Part shown: one piece after another, positions 11,731 through 28,895 of the stretch
Numbering within the stretch: the stretch's first letter is position 1
Layout of the letters: each line of letters starts with the position of its first letter
Origin: the human T2T-CHM13v2.0 reference genome, Homo sapiens
NCBI RefSeq assembly: GCF_009914755.1
Contig: NC_060947.1
Length of the DNA stretch: 64,000 bases
Direction: 5' to 3' (one strand)
The notes under the pieces: generated by a model
What the model was told of the DNA's origin: nothing
The model's input: the letters and a program-made list of their open reading frames with translations, nothing else
Database searches by the model: none
Position numbers and translations under genes: made by a program

Positions 11731-13443
11731 TCTATGAGGAATGATTAAAGATGGAGAGCACTTAATGCTGAGAATGGGGAGGGTAAACTGGCTGACTGTT
11801 GTTGCGGGCACAGATTCATATAGCTTTTCTCAAAGACAGTTTGTCATGTACATATCTTTTGCCCCAGGAATTCCACATTTTTGACTTTACACCAAGAAGC
11901 TACTCGGGCAGGAATGGAAATATTTTTGTACAGAATACATTGCCATGTTATTCATAATAGCAGGCAAGAGGAGGAGGAGAAATTTATATAATAAACTAGG
12001 AAATAGTTAAACCATGTGCATGAAATAAATGAAATGCCACACAGCTATTTAAAAGTCATATATATATGAATTAATTTATATAGAACAATCATACGACTTT
12101 TTATGGTTTAAAATTATAGTGTGTATAACATAGTTCAATAGATACAAAATTATATATGTATATATGTTGTGTATATGTGTATATATACATATACATATTC
12201 AAAAAAATATGGTTACCTCAGGGGGGTTGTGATACTAAGTGACTTTTATGTTTATATTATTAGGTATTGCTTGATTTTGAGCAAGTATCGTCAGTATAAT
12301 CAGAAAAAAATAAAATTCTTATTGAATTTAGCAAAACCTCAGGTCAATTAAAATGGACTTTTGCCTGAAGTGCAACAGTTTTCTAAACTTATTCTTACAA
12401 TATAATAATGCAAGATAGTTTTCACAATTTGAACAAATAGTTTTTATGGGTTTTGTTTGCTTTCTGGTTTGTTTCTTGTACCAAAAGGACAGAGTTACTC
12501 GTTAACTTGTCTTAAAAATATTCTTTTGGGAATTCTATGATTTATGCATTTTAATCTCTGCCACCTCTTTTCTCCAACTCTCTGTGAACACTCATTGGCA
12601 CCATACTGGTGTGATATTCCCAACCCAGGGCACAGAGAGTGGAGGTACAAGAAAATCACCCCACTGACCACTGTACAAGAGAAGCTAGGGAGTGGAAGAG
12701 TTGAGAGGAGAGGGATAATGAAAGGCATCCGAGAAAGTGCTCACTCAGAAAACGCACAGGGAACTTGTGTTCCCACATCGCTGTCTTTAATTTGCAGCCA
12801 AGCAATACTCAGTTACTCTATCATGGAAGCTTCCCATGTTTGAAAATGAAATTGTAAGTGAACAGAGGCATCAGAGCCCTGGTGTTAGGCACAGCACTTC
12901 ACTTGTACCGTGTTTCACACAAAAGAACAGCTGTTATGGATCCACAGTGCAGATTTCAGTATCAACCAAAAAGGGTTCGCTAACAAAGTTACAACAGGAC
13001 TTCAGATTAAAGCTGGTACATACGAAATGGGAGTACAGTACTAAACTGTTCAAACTTGCTACACTTTTATTAATAAAGATTTTATTTTTTATTTTGTCAC
13101 TTTTTGTAAAACACGCTCATTGTGGAAGACTTGCAAACTATGAAAAAGCATAAAGAAACAGAAAAGCGAACCCTAGCCTTAAATTGCATCACTCAGTGGC
13201 AACCACAGTTAACATTATGGCTTTTTTTTTCAGTCATTTTGAGATCATACTGTCTATGATTTTGAATACGTATTTTTTACTAAGCATGAAAGCATACTCA
13301 TTTCCCACTGACAATAGCTTTTTAATAAGTGTGAAGACAAACATGTCTAGGCTTTCAATATCAAAGTAGTGTTGAAATAAGGTTAACAGATTACAATTGC
13401 AGAATTTGTTCTTTCATACCTCTATTGTTAAAAATTCCAAATA

Positions 13444-14708
<1,265 letters not shown>

Positions 14709-15979
14709 TGATTTCAATCAAATGGTCAGAAGATTTTTCATCGTCAAAAGTAGAATCTTTGGGGGAAAATATTCAGTGTGCCATCAATGAACACTATGTT
14801 ACACACACCTTTTGATGACACATCAGTGATTGACATGAAAGTTAAAATTGCTATCCAAATTTTACACACATGGTAACTTTAAGGCATGGGAAAAAACAAG
14901 ATAAAAATTTGTCATCCCTTTTAAGTTCCAAAATTATCCAATAGAACAGATAATTTAAACATCAGGAAAAGGCTTTTTTCAAGCTTCCAGAAATATTGGC
15001 AAATTGCATAAATAAGCTTTGCCTAATATTTTTGTCATTTATGATGTATTCTTACTTTATTTTAAAAAAACACTCCGAAGTCTTCATATCAGCTTCACCT
15101 ATTAAATAATGGTACCATTCAATTAAAATGCAAAGCAAAGTTATACTTAGATTTCAGTAGTACATGTTCATCTTTAAAGGTTATAATTTGTTTTAAATAG
15201 CAGAGCCATCTGTCCTATGATAGCTCACATGAGCCTAATTATTGGAGAAGTCTAAGAATTTCTCCTGCAAATATGCATCGTGCTGAACTGTACTGAAAAC
15301 ATATTTGACTCTGATACTTCTATCTTACGAGGAAATTACACTCTCAAGTTGATTCTTTATATGAATTTAGTATTGAACTCAATATTACATTCACTATTTT
15401 TCAGTAGTGTAAATCACTAATGTCTGCCACCTTCTACATTAGCTATCATCTATTATGTGTTCAAAAAGCAGTTATTACTTCTAGAATTTCCTCATTCATG
15501 ATTGCTGGCTTGTTATTGTAATGATTATACCTTTAGTTCTTTCCCATAGACAATTTTCAATATAGAGTTGTGTAATTTATTGCAGGCAAACGAAGTTATT
15601 TATTTGGAATTGATGACTTGAATCAAATCTGAAAAGGCATGTATATAAAATTAGCAAGATGCTACAGACTTCGGAGGTAGCATTATTACCAGAGATTATA
15701 GAACCAAGATTTTAAATATCTCAGCAGATTGGGATATTTAGGTTAAAGTCCAGCGTAGCAACGTCTCCACTTGGACCTAAAATTGTTCTTTCTCCAGAAT
15801 CCATCCATAAGGGAGTTATGTCTAGAAGATCTGAAAGATGACTTGGCAGCAGGTCTAGATCCCAAGAAAGGGACTGAGTTGCCTCATAGGAAGGAAGTCA
15901 CTTACGGAATATGTCAAGGCCCACAGACAGTAATTAGGCTAATTATTAGAAGGAGAAATATTCTTAGTATAGTAGGTTC

Positions 15980-16660
15980 ATTTGTTCATTCATTCAACAA
16001 ATATTGAGGTCATACTATTTTCAAGATACTATACTAGCCACTGAGGGATATATGGGGAGCAAAAGCAGACAAGGCCCCTGTCCTTAAAGGAGCTCTCAAG
16101 TATAATTGGAGGAAATATGTAAGATAATAAAGGATGATGTTATTATTTAATCAAATTTATATAGGGCCTATGTTGTGCCACGTACTGCTCTAAGCATTTT
16201 ACATGTAGTTGACCCACACAACAACCATATGATGTAGGTACTGATAATATCTCCAATCTACAGATGACGAGCCTGACACACAGATATGTTAAGTGACTTG
16301 CTCAAGGTCACCCTACTTGTAAGTGGCAGAGTCCACATGCTTACCTCCCATGCCATACTGCTTTGGGATGATAATGGTACAGGTACAGAGTGACAGATCA
16401 TGACTCTCACAACTTTTTCTCAGGTGATTTAGTGCCACTAGTTGTTCAGAACTTATTAACTCAATAAACATTTCCTTAGGGTCCCACTGTGTGGCTGGCA
16501 CTGCACTAGGCAATAAGGATCTACCGATGAACAAGACTGATTTATTCACTGCCCTCAATGGAGCCTGCAGGCCAGCAGAGAAGGAAGATATTGAACAAGT
16601 GACATGAAAAGGGAAGCACAGAGAGTAATGGAAGCAGATAACCTGGGACTCTGGCCCAAT
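15980..16660 (-). mobile_element. L2 and MIR fragments
   Basis: TTCATTCATTCAACAAATATTGAG (L2 end) and GTTAAGTGACTTGCTCAAGGTCAC (MIR core). Confidence 0.65.
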
Positions 16661-17256
16661 TTCAGGAGGCATATGTCTCCATCACTCAGGTTGTCCTTTG
16701 CCTCAGGCCCACGGGGAAGCAGACCCCATGGGACCTCCTCCTGTTAGACAAACATGGCACTATAGGTTATCTGTGTGAGATGGAGGGAACACAAGGGAAA
16801 TTGTCTAGGGATCACAAAAGAGATGGAGACAGGGATTCCCCCCATGACACCTACATCTGAGAAGATAGCATCAATTGCATGGTGGTATCCATGGTGAAAG
16901 GTGGTATTAGTGTAATCAGGCAGCCATGGAACACCTTCACAGCAGCTTTGGGGCCACAGATATCTCACTGTGGGAGGCAGAGAAGAAACAGAAGAGACCT
17001 TCAGATGCCATATGGAGAGAGCTGTGTCCATGAGCTCTTACGAGAACGTGCAAAAGAGATGACTTTGGTGGGGGACTAAGGGTCCCACAGTAGCAGGTAA
17101 GCACAAAATCAGCAAAACATCATACTCCTATTATTCTGATGCAATTTTTAAACCAGCTAGTGTGATCTGGGAAATGGAAATTAGAACAACAAGGGTAACT
17201 AAAAAGTTCTGCCTTCATGCTCCAAAAACCAATTATACAATTAGAGGATGGGAAGC

Positions 17257-17686
17257 TGTAGTGGGTTGGTGGTCCTCAAAAATATACGTCCATGCCCCAA
17301 TCCCTGGGGCCTGTGAATGTGATCTTATTTGGCAAAAGGCTCTTTACGGGTGTAATTAAATTTAGGATCTCAAGATGAGGTTATCCTGGAGGGTCCTAAA
17401 TTAAATGGCAAGAATCCTTGTAAGATACACACAAAAGAGAGACAAAGGGAGGAGAGGAGAAGGCCAGAGATAGGAATTATACAGCCATAAGCCAAGGACT
17501 TAGAACCACCAGAAACTGGCAGAAGCAAAGAAGGACTCTTATAGAACCTTCAGTGAGTGTGTGGCCCTGCTGACACCTTCATTTTAGAGCTCTTGGTTCC
17601 AGAACTGTGAAAGAGAATACATTTCTGTTATTTTAAGCCACAAAGTCTGTAGTAATTTGTTACATCTGCCCAGGGACAGTAATATA
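17257..17686 (+). mobile_element. MLT1C-like MaLR solo LTR
   Basis: CCTGTGAATGTGATCTTATTTGG, GGCCCTGCTGACACC, CCAGAACTGTGA, GTAATTTGTTACA. Confidence 0.85.
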
Positions 17687-17768
17687 GGGACCCATGGCTT
17701 GGCAACGATTTATGTAAAAAATATCTGGGCAAACAGCATGAAGTGACTGATAAAGAAAGCAAATGCAG

Positions 17769-18430
<662 letters not shown>

Positions 18431-18727
18431 AAGAAAAAACTAATGACTGTTGATTACAGAAATTCAAAACATTGGAAGTATTTGAAATGGGGAAAAGTGC
18501 TGTTTCCTAATTCCAGAGACAGGACATCTGGTCCTGCCTCTGTAGTTAATTGGTTGTGTGACTCTGGACATATCATCTCCCCTTCTTGGGACCTCAGTTT
18601 TCTTCTATGTAAAATTATGGGGTTAGGTTGGATGCTTTGGGAAGGCATTGTTTTTTTCCTTTTGGTTGTTTCCTATTTTATGGTTTAATAAAACTGTTAA
18701 GATGTTTTACAATTTCTGAGTGCCTAG

Positions 18728-19057
<330 letters not shown>

Positions 19058-19129
19058 TGTGCTAGGTGTGTTAACATGCATGATCTCATATAACTCTCTC
19101 CACACTACAGGTTAGGTATGTTCCCCCAT

Positions 19130-19699
19130 TATGAATTGTTCTTGGTGTCAACTTGACTGGATTAAGGGATACTCAGGTAACTAGCAAAGCATTATTTCTG
19201 GGTATATCTGTGAGGGTGCTTACAGGAGAGATTGGCATTAGAACCAGTGTACCTAAGTAAGGAAGATCTACCCTTACCCATTGTGCGTGGGCATCAGCCA
19301 ATCTGCTCAGGGTGCAGAACAAAAAGGCAGAGGAAAGGAGAATTCACTCTCTTTCTTCTGGAGCTGGAACACCCTTCATCTGCTGCCCTTGGACATCAGA
19401 ACTCCAGGTTTTCTGGTCTTTGGACTCTAAGACTAGCACCAATGGCTCACCAGGTTTTTAGGCCTATGGCTTCAGACTGAGAGTTATATCATTGGCTTCC
19501 CTGGTTCTGAGGCCTTTGGATTTGGACTGCACCATTCTACTTGGCTTTCCTCATTCTCCGGCTTGTAGATGGCCTGTCATGGGACTTCTCAGCCTCCATA
19601 ATCACCTGAGCCAATTTCCCTGTGAATCTCCTCTCCATGCCTCTCTCTCTCTCTCTCTCTCTCTGTCAGTTCTGTCTCTCTGGAGAAACCTAATACATA
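19130..19699 (+). mobile_element. MLT2B-like ERVL solo LTR nested in a MIR
   Basis: GTGTCAACTTGACTGGATTAAGGGATA...CTCTGGAGAAACCTAATACA. CCCAT flanks both ends; removing the LTR restores the MIR motif CCCATTTTACAGAT. Confidence 0.88.
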
Positions 19700-20511
19700 C
19701 CCATTTTACAGATTAGAGCACTGAGATTGAGAGAGATTGTGACTTGCCCAAAGTCATATAACTTGTTCATGGGTGAGCTAAAAATTGAACTCAGATCCCC
19801 CTGCTTTTAGTATTCTTTCCACCATATCATACTGTCTCCCCTACACAATAGTGACCCTTTGCCACACCTGAATTTAGCAAATTATACAATTCATTGTCAA
19901 AGTACTCCTCAGAAATCATTTACCAGGCAATATTAACTATCTCAAACACCCCAAAGAATCAGAACATTTCTGAGCAGACAAAATGGTTGGTGCCAAAGCC
20001 TATGCGTTAAAGCCCATAAACTTCATTCAGAAAAATTCTTAGGGCTGCCTCACCCAGAGCCTGTCCCTCATCATTTCGTATACAGTGTCTGTTCTTCCTT
20101 CCCGAAGAGAAAGGCAAGCTGGAGGGCTGGTCTGCAGCATCCTGGGAGCCTGAGACAGCCTGGGTTGTTAGGCTGTGGAGCATGGAGGCAAAGGCAAAAA
20201 GATTAGCAGTGTCCCGTGGAGTCTCCACAAAAGGGGAAGATAAACAGCAAGGTCAATGAGTCTAGCCCTTTGGAATTCCATGCATGAGAGGCTCAACACA
20301 GGAAGCAGGTCAGAGAGGTCTAGAGGAATATCTTGAACCAGTGACTACGCAGCCAGCTGCAGAGGTTTTTACATGGTTCCGGGGACTCTGGGGTGGGAAG
20401 AAGAGAGCAGTACCCTGAGAGTGCAGTACAGTCCAAAAGTATACACTAGGTTCTGATATACTACTCTGGATTTTTAGTCAGTTACATGCTATAATTTAAA
20501 AAAAATCTGTG

Positions 20512-20961
<450 letters not shown>

Positions 20962-23065
20962 TTAAATATTGACAATGAGAGCAAGGGAGCTGACAGGAAG
21001 ACTATAGAAAGAAATACGATATCCTCCTAAAGCTAAGCAGTGTGAAGACCCAGAAAGGCTGGCACTACTGTACTTATTGCCGAGTCCTTTAGTGGATATC
21101 CATAATGATGACTCAGCGTTATTGAGAAGGTGAGGTGGTATTCTGTGCCTTCTGCATATGAAGGCAGAGATGAGTGCAACATATTATAAAAAGACTTCCA
21201 CCCACGATGACCTGAAGAAAAAAATTTAATGCCCCAAAGAATAATTGCAGTTGTCTAGCAAATGCAACGATGTAGAAATTGACAGAGCAGAATGAAAGAG
21301 ATAATGCTTTAAAAATAATATTAAAGGCAGCTGTTAAGGAATGTAGTAAATGTGGGAGAAGGCACTCAATAAATACGTTTAAAAAATTAAACTCAGTTTG
21401 GACCCTGCCTAGCTCCCATTCTGGAGAGGTATCTAAATAAATGAATGGGTGACTGAATGTATGAATGAAAATTATCTGGCCTGAGGTCCCCCTTTCACTA
21501 GGGTTGTTCTATGGTTCTTGGAGCTAATGCAGTGTCAAGGTGTTGGAGATGGAGGACACCTGTCTTATCTTCAATCATCATCCACACACATTACCACTCA
21601 GGAGGTCCATTATCCCTATCTGCATCATGTGTTCCAGGGCCAGAAGCTGTTCTGTGTTCTTGCCATGTTGAGGAATGGTTTCTGCCAATGCTGGCTAGGA
21701 TGCCATTTGCCTTGAAGCACCCCTCTATTGTCCTCTCTGTTCTTGTTTCCCTGAAGGTGCTGCTCAGCAGAACAGTGGTCTGACCTGATCTTTGCACTAA
21801 AAGATCCTTTCTCATTTCTCCTCCCTGCAGCCTGGGGCATTCTGTTCTTCCAATTTGAGGAAAGGCTTCTGTAATCATGTAGTTCCAAGACACTCTATGC
21901 CCATGACACCCATTTTTCCCTCTCCTCTGAAAACCTACATTCTTAATGATCTGCCTGTGGAACAGAAAAGCCAAGAAGCTCTGCAGGCAATCTTATGCTT
22001 TCCTGGTGCCATATATTAATACTTCTAAAGTAATGAGCATGAGGCTGGCCATGTTTATGGAGAACATAAGGGTGAAAATGCCCCATATATTAATTGTCAT
22101 ATCCCTCTCCCCTCTCAGTTCAAAGCCAGTCAAGAAATAAGCCAGACATCAGAGATATAATGCGTTTGTGTATTCGACAAATATTTTTAAACATTATGCT
22201 CCCCCAGCATTGCTCTAGGCACTAAGAATACAGCAGCGCCTGAAGCAGACAAAATAGCAATCTATTATTTGCAAAGATGCATTTTAAAACTTGGCCTAGT
22301 CTGAGGCCAAAATGACTTCCCATTCCTTCCTCTCTGAATTGAATTTATCCATTTAATCACAGACTGAGTGGCTAGAAAACTAGAGCCACCTCCTCCACCC
22401 TGCCTATCGGATTCCTTGCCCGCACTGAGCATACTGCATGAAGGATTTGGGAATGGAGAAAGGAAGGTGATCAGCCTGCAAGCTGGCAGTTCTGAAAGAG
22501 GAAGGGCCCAAGTGGGGCTAAACCACACATGTGGAGTAACCCCCTTCTCCAGTCTCACCAGTCAGCTAATTGAGGAGGGGAGGGCAGAAACCTTCTTCCA
22601 CATGCTTCCTGCAGGAAGACAGTTTCTATTTCATGAGTGGAAGCAGAAGGATGAAAAGAAGGAAAGTCATTTCCTTTGCAATTAATATTGCAGCTTTTTT
22701 TCCAGAGCCTGGTGAATTATTCTTGAATTTTGAATATGATGTATGTGAATTTCATTTATCTATGAAATGATATGCTAACTCCTTTATTTAGGTCTTTTTT
22801 AATGCTAAGTGTCTTTATTACTAATTAAGAAGGCTGATTATACAAGGACCCTCTATTTCCATTAATTCAAGCATCCATTAAAAATTATCATCAGTATTGC
22901 ACTAAATATGTTACAGGAGTGACTTGTTTTTCCGCAATTTTCTTCATATGGGATATATAATTGACATTTATAAAGGGGATGAAATCTAGCCCCTTAAAGT
23001 TTCACCTTTATGTTTATACACACTCTTAAGAGTATAAATCCGAACCTGACTCCTTAAATCCTTGA

Positions 23066-23490
23066 TGTGCTAGTCCCTGGCCTATTTACCCTCAGATACA
23101 TTCCTTGTACTTCTTTGCTCTGTTTTGTATTGTTTCTCAGGTCCTCAAGTTAGCTGGGTCTAGCTAATGGAAGGCAGACTGGAGGCTTGGGGACAGAAGC
23201 CAGGGTATTTCTGCCTCAGGCTGCATCTCCAATAGTGGCCATGGCTCTGCTGTGGCCCCAGCTGCTCCTGATAGGCCCACAGTGATTCCGACTTCTGCCA
23301 AATGACCAGGCCATTGGCTCCAGAAGTCGATTTCCTCCTATTGCCCCCACAACCTAAGGATGGTTCTGGCCTCTGCCTCTTTGTAATCTCTGGGCCGTTT
23401 CACAGAATCCCCAATGGGCTGTTCAGCTATACTATCTGTGTAATCTATTCCTTGTATTAATTTCATTATTAAAATTAAAGAAGTGTTCTT
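23066..23490 (+). mobile_element. LTR33-like ERVL LTR
   Basis: CTAATGGAAGGCAG...GAAGCCAGGGTATTTCT...GGCTGCATCTCC resembles the recalled consensus. Confidence 0.5.
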
Positions 23491-23809
23491 GTATTCTCAC
23501 TCCAAGGGTGGGAAGCAGGGGTAGTAAGCTAAAACTTGCCTTGGAAAATACCTGAATAAGTACCGGTGCTGAGGCCCAGTTCAGCAGCTTCAGATTAGAC
23601 GAAAGGGGGAAAACGAAAACTTAGGCCTGGGCCATTCTCAGGCCACTCACCTCAACCCTAAGAGCAATGACATGACTTTATCAATGGTTTTATCTATGGT
23701 TGTATCTGACTGCATCTGATGGACCCACACAAAAATGACTGCAGTAACACTTGCCTTTTGATCATTCTAGAATCCAACGGGGAATGCTTTAAGAGTCCCA
23801 GACAAACTG

Positions 23810-24740
23810 CAAAGTGTAGTATAGCAGGAAACACATGGGTCATACCTGAGTTCAGTCCTGGGAGACTAGCAAGATAATTAACTTATCTGAGCCTCAGTTG
23901 ATATGTTAAATATCTGGAGTTTAATGATCTCTACATAGGACTATTGTGAAAATTAAATAAGGTACATACAAAAGCAGTCCATAAAGTGCTATGCAGATGT
24001 TAGATAATTAGTCTTCTGTATCAGCTTAATTTAATGTTTTCCCATTAATATTTTTAAGCTTCATTGTTTTAGCTTTCTTAAAATTGTGAAACCATTTCAA
24101 AGTTGTAAAAATAGTGCAAAGAATTTTCATACACCCCCCACTTGGATTCCCCAAAATATATCATAATCACAGCATAATTTCAAATTATCAGAAAACATAG
24201 ATATATTGCCTATACAATGTTATATAGCCTAGATACTGTAGTCAAACTTCACTAATTATCCCACTAATGTTCAATTTCTGGTCCAAGATCATATGCCACG
24301 GTTAGTTTTCACAATAAAGTTTTAGTTGTTTTGTTTATCTGGGAGAGTTACTCAGTCTTGCTCTTTCATGATCTTTGTAATTTTGAAGCCAGTTATTGTG
24401 CAGAATATCCTTCAATTTTGGTTTGTCTGTTTTCTCAAGTTTAATACTAACATTTTGATGATTTGTTTATTCATGCCATCAGGGGTGATATAAAAATAGA
24501 AACACAGTGTCCTAGTTAAGTTCACAGACTCTAATCGGAATACCTGGATTCAAACTCTGGCTCCACCAGACAGTGTAACCTTGAGTATTTTTGGGACTCA
24601 GTATCCTCATCTGTCAGATGAAGAAACATCAGTACCTATCTCCTAGGGTTACTGGAATTACTAAAGGAATGAATACGTGTAAAGTGGTTAGAACAGTTCC
24701 TGGCACATATTAAGTGCTGTGTAAGTGTTAGCTAATGTGA
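23810..24740. mobile_element. MIR / old L1M / MIR fragments
   Basis: MIR cores CTGAGCCTCAGTT and CTCAGTATCCTCATCTGT, with an antisense L1M 3' UTR piece between them. Confidence 0.6.
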
Positions 24741-26279
24741 GGAATTGGGTTTTGGCAACTGCTGAAGAGACCAAAGTAGCAGCAGGTATTTTAGTTATGT
24801 ACATCCTTTTTGCTCAATCCTGCCCAAAGAGCCAAGGCCAAAGACTCACTGCCAGCAGGAATTCTGGCCCACCATGAGTGCACTGTTTCTCTCAGCCACA
24901 GGCCTCAGCACTTACTCCCAAAGCCCATGAGATGAGGACTTGCTTGATCCACGCTGCAACATTTCTTTAGCACAATAGGTCTACGCAATAGGAACTGAGC
25001 CCATGTTTCCTCGCCCATCAGTTGTTGGTAAAATTGTGTCAAATTAATTTTTTAAAAGTTGCAAAATAATTAAGCCCACTTTTTTCCCCTGATAACTATT
25101 CTCAGAACACAGGCCTTCAGACTTCATTAGTATGCATCCAGCACTTTGCCCATGGACACATTCACTGAATAACCATAGTGATAACCTCAGCCCTTAACCT
25201 CTGCCTGTGCTTCTTGTTGAAGGGGCCAGATCACTCGGACCCTCACAATACTCACTGTATTGGCCAACTGTGGGCAGACTAAGCAGTGAGGCGAAGAGGG
25301 AGCGCCCCATAAGGCTGGATGGGGGAAGGGAAGGAAGCTTGAACTGACTGATTCCAATAAGCCAAAATAACGTAAGACATCTATGAAAATGTGGTAAATG
25401 ACAACTGTTCATTAAAAAATTAAGCAATAAAAAACCCTTAACATAAAAGTAACAATGCCTACATATGAATAGCAAATGACATTTTACAAAGCAATTTTCA
25501 TTCTTTACCTTATTTGCCCTGCCACACACCATCTTACAGGTGAGAAAGAAAAAGGATTCAGAGAGAAATGTGGCAAAGCTGATACTTTAATTCAGGTTTT
25601 CGCATATTTTCCACTTAATGAAAAAGAAGAAAATACACACTAAATATAGATCAAAGACCAACAGGATTAAAAGACTACCAAAACATAGAGACTGAAATGT
25701 AGAAATGCAATGAAACCAGTTTCCGTAGAGCAACTCTGGTTTCTTGGCAGTCAAGGACAGTGAGGTTTTTCAAGAAAAGGGACTTTCACAAGGTCTTGGG
25801 TGCAGGCTGAGCAATGTAAGAAGAGGTGGGGGAAGTGGTGTGCACACACACACACACCTTTGGACCAAGTTTCAAGCTACTGTAAAATCCCTTCATGTTT
25901 GACTGCTTAAGAATCAAATGAGTTCAATGGGTTGAAGACACAGACCACAAAGACCAAACATATGCTACCTTCAATGCATGGCTGGCATCAAGCACACTGC
26001 CAAGCACAAAGTAGACTTTCAATATGTATTTGCTGATTTGGCTGGACTTTTATCTATGCAGTAACAAGGTACAGTGTTATTAAAAACTCCTACAAATATC
26101 TTACCCTCCCCAAATTAGGTATTGCCATAAAATACCAGTTGAACTCATGTAGAAATGGTCAAACTTCTGTCAATTGTGCAGGTCAAGAAGAAATTAGAAA
26201 CTTAGTTCCCATCAACAAATTGCTTCCATATTATTTTAATGTCAAACTGAGACCTTTCCCAAAAAAAAGAGGCTGATAT

Positions 26280-28832
26280 ATCAATCATATCATACCAAAG
26301 TTTATTGATTACATCAAACAAAAATTTCTGTAATGGAAAAGGCAAGTTGCAGTCATAAAAGATGGCATTCACATTCATTTTAGAAAGCAACAACGTAGAT
26401 GTAAAAAACTGCTTAAGTGAAAAATGTAATATTGCAGTCCCATTTTGCAAGCTGAAAAATGATTTTGTCAACACGCATAAAATCTGCACATTTATATACT
26501 GCATGTTATTAAAAAATTCCATCACTAAATTATTACGAATTTTGCAAAGTTAGGCTTACATTTATACTGTTGCTGGTGTATGTGTAAGTAGATATGGAAT
26601 GAATGTTTTCAGTTTAGTAGGTAACATCCTCAAACAATGGACAGCGGTTGTGAAAATTACAAAGACATTTTGATAGCTCAAAATTATTCAAATTATAGGT
26701 AGATGATCTTATTATATTTTTTTCCCTTTCTCTGTCACAAATAGGGTGATTACATTGAGTGCTAGGAATACTGCACGGTCTATTTCAAGTTATTCGATCT
26801 GCTAACCCCACACTGGCCAGTTTTTAGCTCTTCAGTAAAATATCTTTTAAAAAGGAAAGCCAGGTCCCTCTCAAGGATCTAGGCCATGATATCATGTATC
26901 ATTGCCATTCTGAATTTGAGCTGCAGTATCACAATGTAATGTGTAGCTGAGACATAACTCTAAATCCCCCTTACTCCTTGTCTTTCTTTCTTTCTGGCTG
27001 GAAGGAATTTTACATGCAACCAGTTATTTTTCTACTAGATTATTCTGTTAACTCTCCAATGGTACTGCATTAAACAAGCCTCTCTACTGTGGCTCTCTTG
27101 TCTGTATTCACAGTTCCCATAGATTTTATGTAAAACAGCAATCATAATACAGCAACAACAACCATAAGAACAAGAAAACAAACACAAAATATCAAAAGCT
27201 TTCCTGGGTTAGACTTTTTTAGCTCTTTGGAATAGGCAAAGAATATAGAGACTTTTGTTTTCAGCAGCTTACCTCAAATACGGGCTACCAGAACACAGCA
27301 CACTTAGGTAAGTTGTGAATGACATGTAACAAAATGCTCAAAAATAATACTGATATATGAGAGCAAATGAAATAATGAAAAAGGGTCTATAATGATGGAA
27401 TGGCTTCTGATAACTGAAATTATGTTCTTTTCTAGAATTTAGAAAAAAATCATACCTAAACATTAACACAAAATATATGTGGAAGAATCAAATGTGCCAT
27501 ATGGACTATATAAATATAATACAGATTAACTCCAATACTTTTCCAAATCAAGGTACAATATAAACATTAATAATAGTACAGGCATGCCAGAAAGACAAAA
27601 AAAAAACAAAAAAACTAGCAGTCAAATAAATATGGTCATTTATATCCAAAAAAGTATGTGTTTAACATTGAATGAAGACATTTCACATTTATGTTTCAAG
27701 TGAACTAATTAGAAGGCTAAACCTTCCTTCTAGTTCAGTTAGTCAAGGACTTTACTAAGGTCAGTTACATGGTTTAGAGTTAGACCATTTCCCTGTCCAA
27801 GTTAAGAGACAACATTCATCTTCACAGAGTCATGGCTCTACAAGCTGAACCACCGTTTTGGGGTGGCTCCTTCCCCCTTTCCAAATTGGCCAAGTTTAAG
27901 AAAAAGCACTGCATATATGCATAAATGCAATCTCTTTCAAATAAAAACCGTCAAAAGTTTAAAATAAGCTATATTTCTTCCTCTTCACATAAAATTATAA
28001 AAGGCTGATATTCAGAATGACCTTTATTTTTATATAACTATGGTTTAAACCACCTTACTGCAGATCCCAGTAAAATCAACACTGGAAAAATCTGTTTATT
28101 TTCTAACTACTTTGAGGGGCTACTAAGTGATTGGAAATGTTTTATACTTTATTTTCAAGTCTAGTAGGCTTACACCCATAAGTGGGGTTTAATTCAGAAG
28201 AATAAAAAATAAACAATTTTTTTCTATTCCCACAAAAATACCCGTAAGTTAACACTTTCCACATAAGCGTTCAAGGTATTTTTTTGGCAAGAATATTCTA
28301 CCAAGACATTAGTAGCACATGGGTAAACAGAAGGGATTAACTATTCTGTCTGATGCATTGATACTATTTAGTTATTCTGTATTTTCAAGTATTCCTTATG
28401 TACTTGGGAAAAAAAATTAAGATGATCATTTAGGAGGAATGAGAAATGTGATCCAAATAGTCTATTTCTTCTGCCAGGCAAAAAAAGTAGTATTAGCAAA
28501 ATCTATTCATTCTCATTGCATAACTTCTACTTCATACTATTGTATTTAAATCCATTCACAAAGTTCATGGGTTAAAAGAGCACCCATTTGAGTTATATTA
28601 CTCTAACTAAAGCCAGAATTCTAAGTATTCTTGCTTTCAACTTTCATATAATTCTTAACTTACAGCTTTGGCCATAAAGGCTACTTACAATAATGGTAAA
28701 TGCTTAAGAGAATCATTTGGTATTTTAATGAACATTTATTGTGAACTCTAGACATGAGAGTGGTTTAGTGTGTTGCATATCAAGTATCCTGAGATGATAA
28801 CTTTTTGTAGTTGTTTCTTCATGCTTTCTTTT
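26280..28832 (-). other. ATP11C: ATP11C 3' UTR (about 2.5 kb; cleavage position approximate)
   Basis: AT-rich stretch with no recognisable interspersed repeat, from the terminal-exon stop to an AATAAA followed by a U-rich tract. Confidence 0.8.
26301..26306 (-). terminator. Polyadenylation signal AATAAA of ATP11C
   Basis: tttatt on plus = AATAAA on minus, followed on minus by GT-rich sequence and a T8 run (26261-26268). Confidence 0.75.
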
Positions 28833-28895
28833 TTAGCTGTAACCACTGTCAGTATGCTTGTAGGACAATAACATAGGCAGTTCAAGATTCGGATT
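28833..28895 (-). CDS. ATP11C: ATP11C isoform-b C-terminus NPNLELPMLLSYKHTDSGYS* (start of the terminal exon)
   Basis: tttttcAG acceptor at 28897-28896, 20 codons plus TAA. Contains the LLxY motif known for polarized localisation of ATP11C-b. Confidence 0.93.
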   Translation of the reverse strand, partial: NPNLELPMLLSYKHTDSGYS

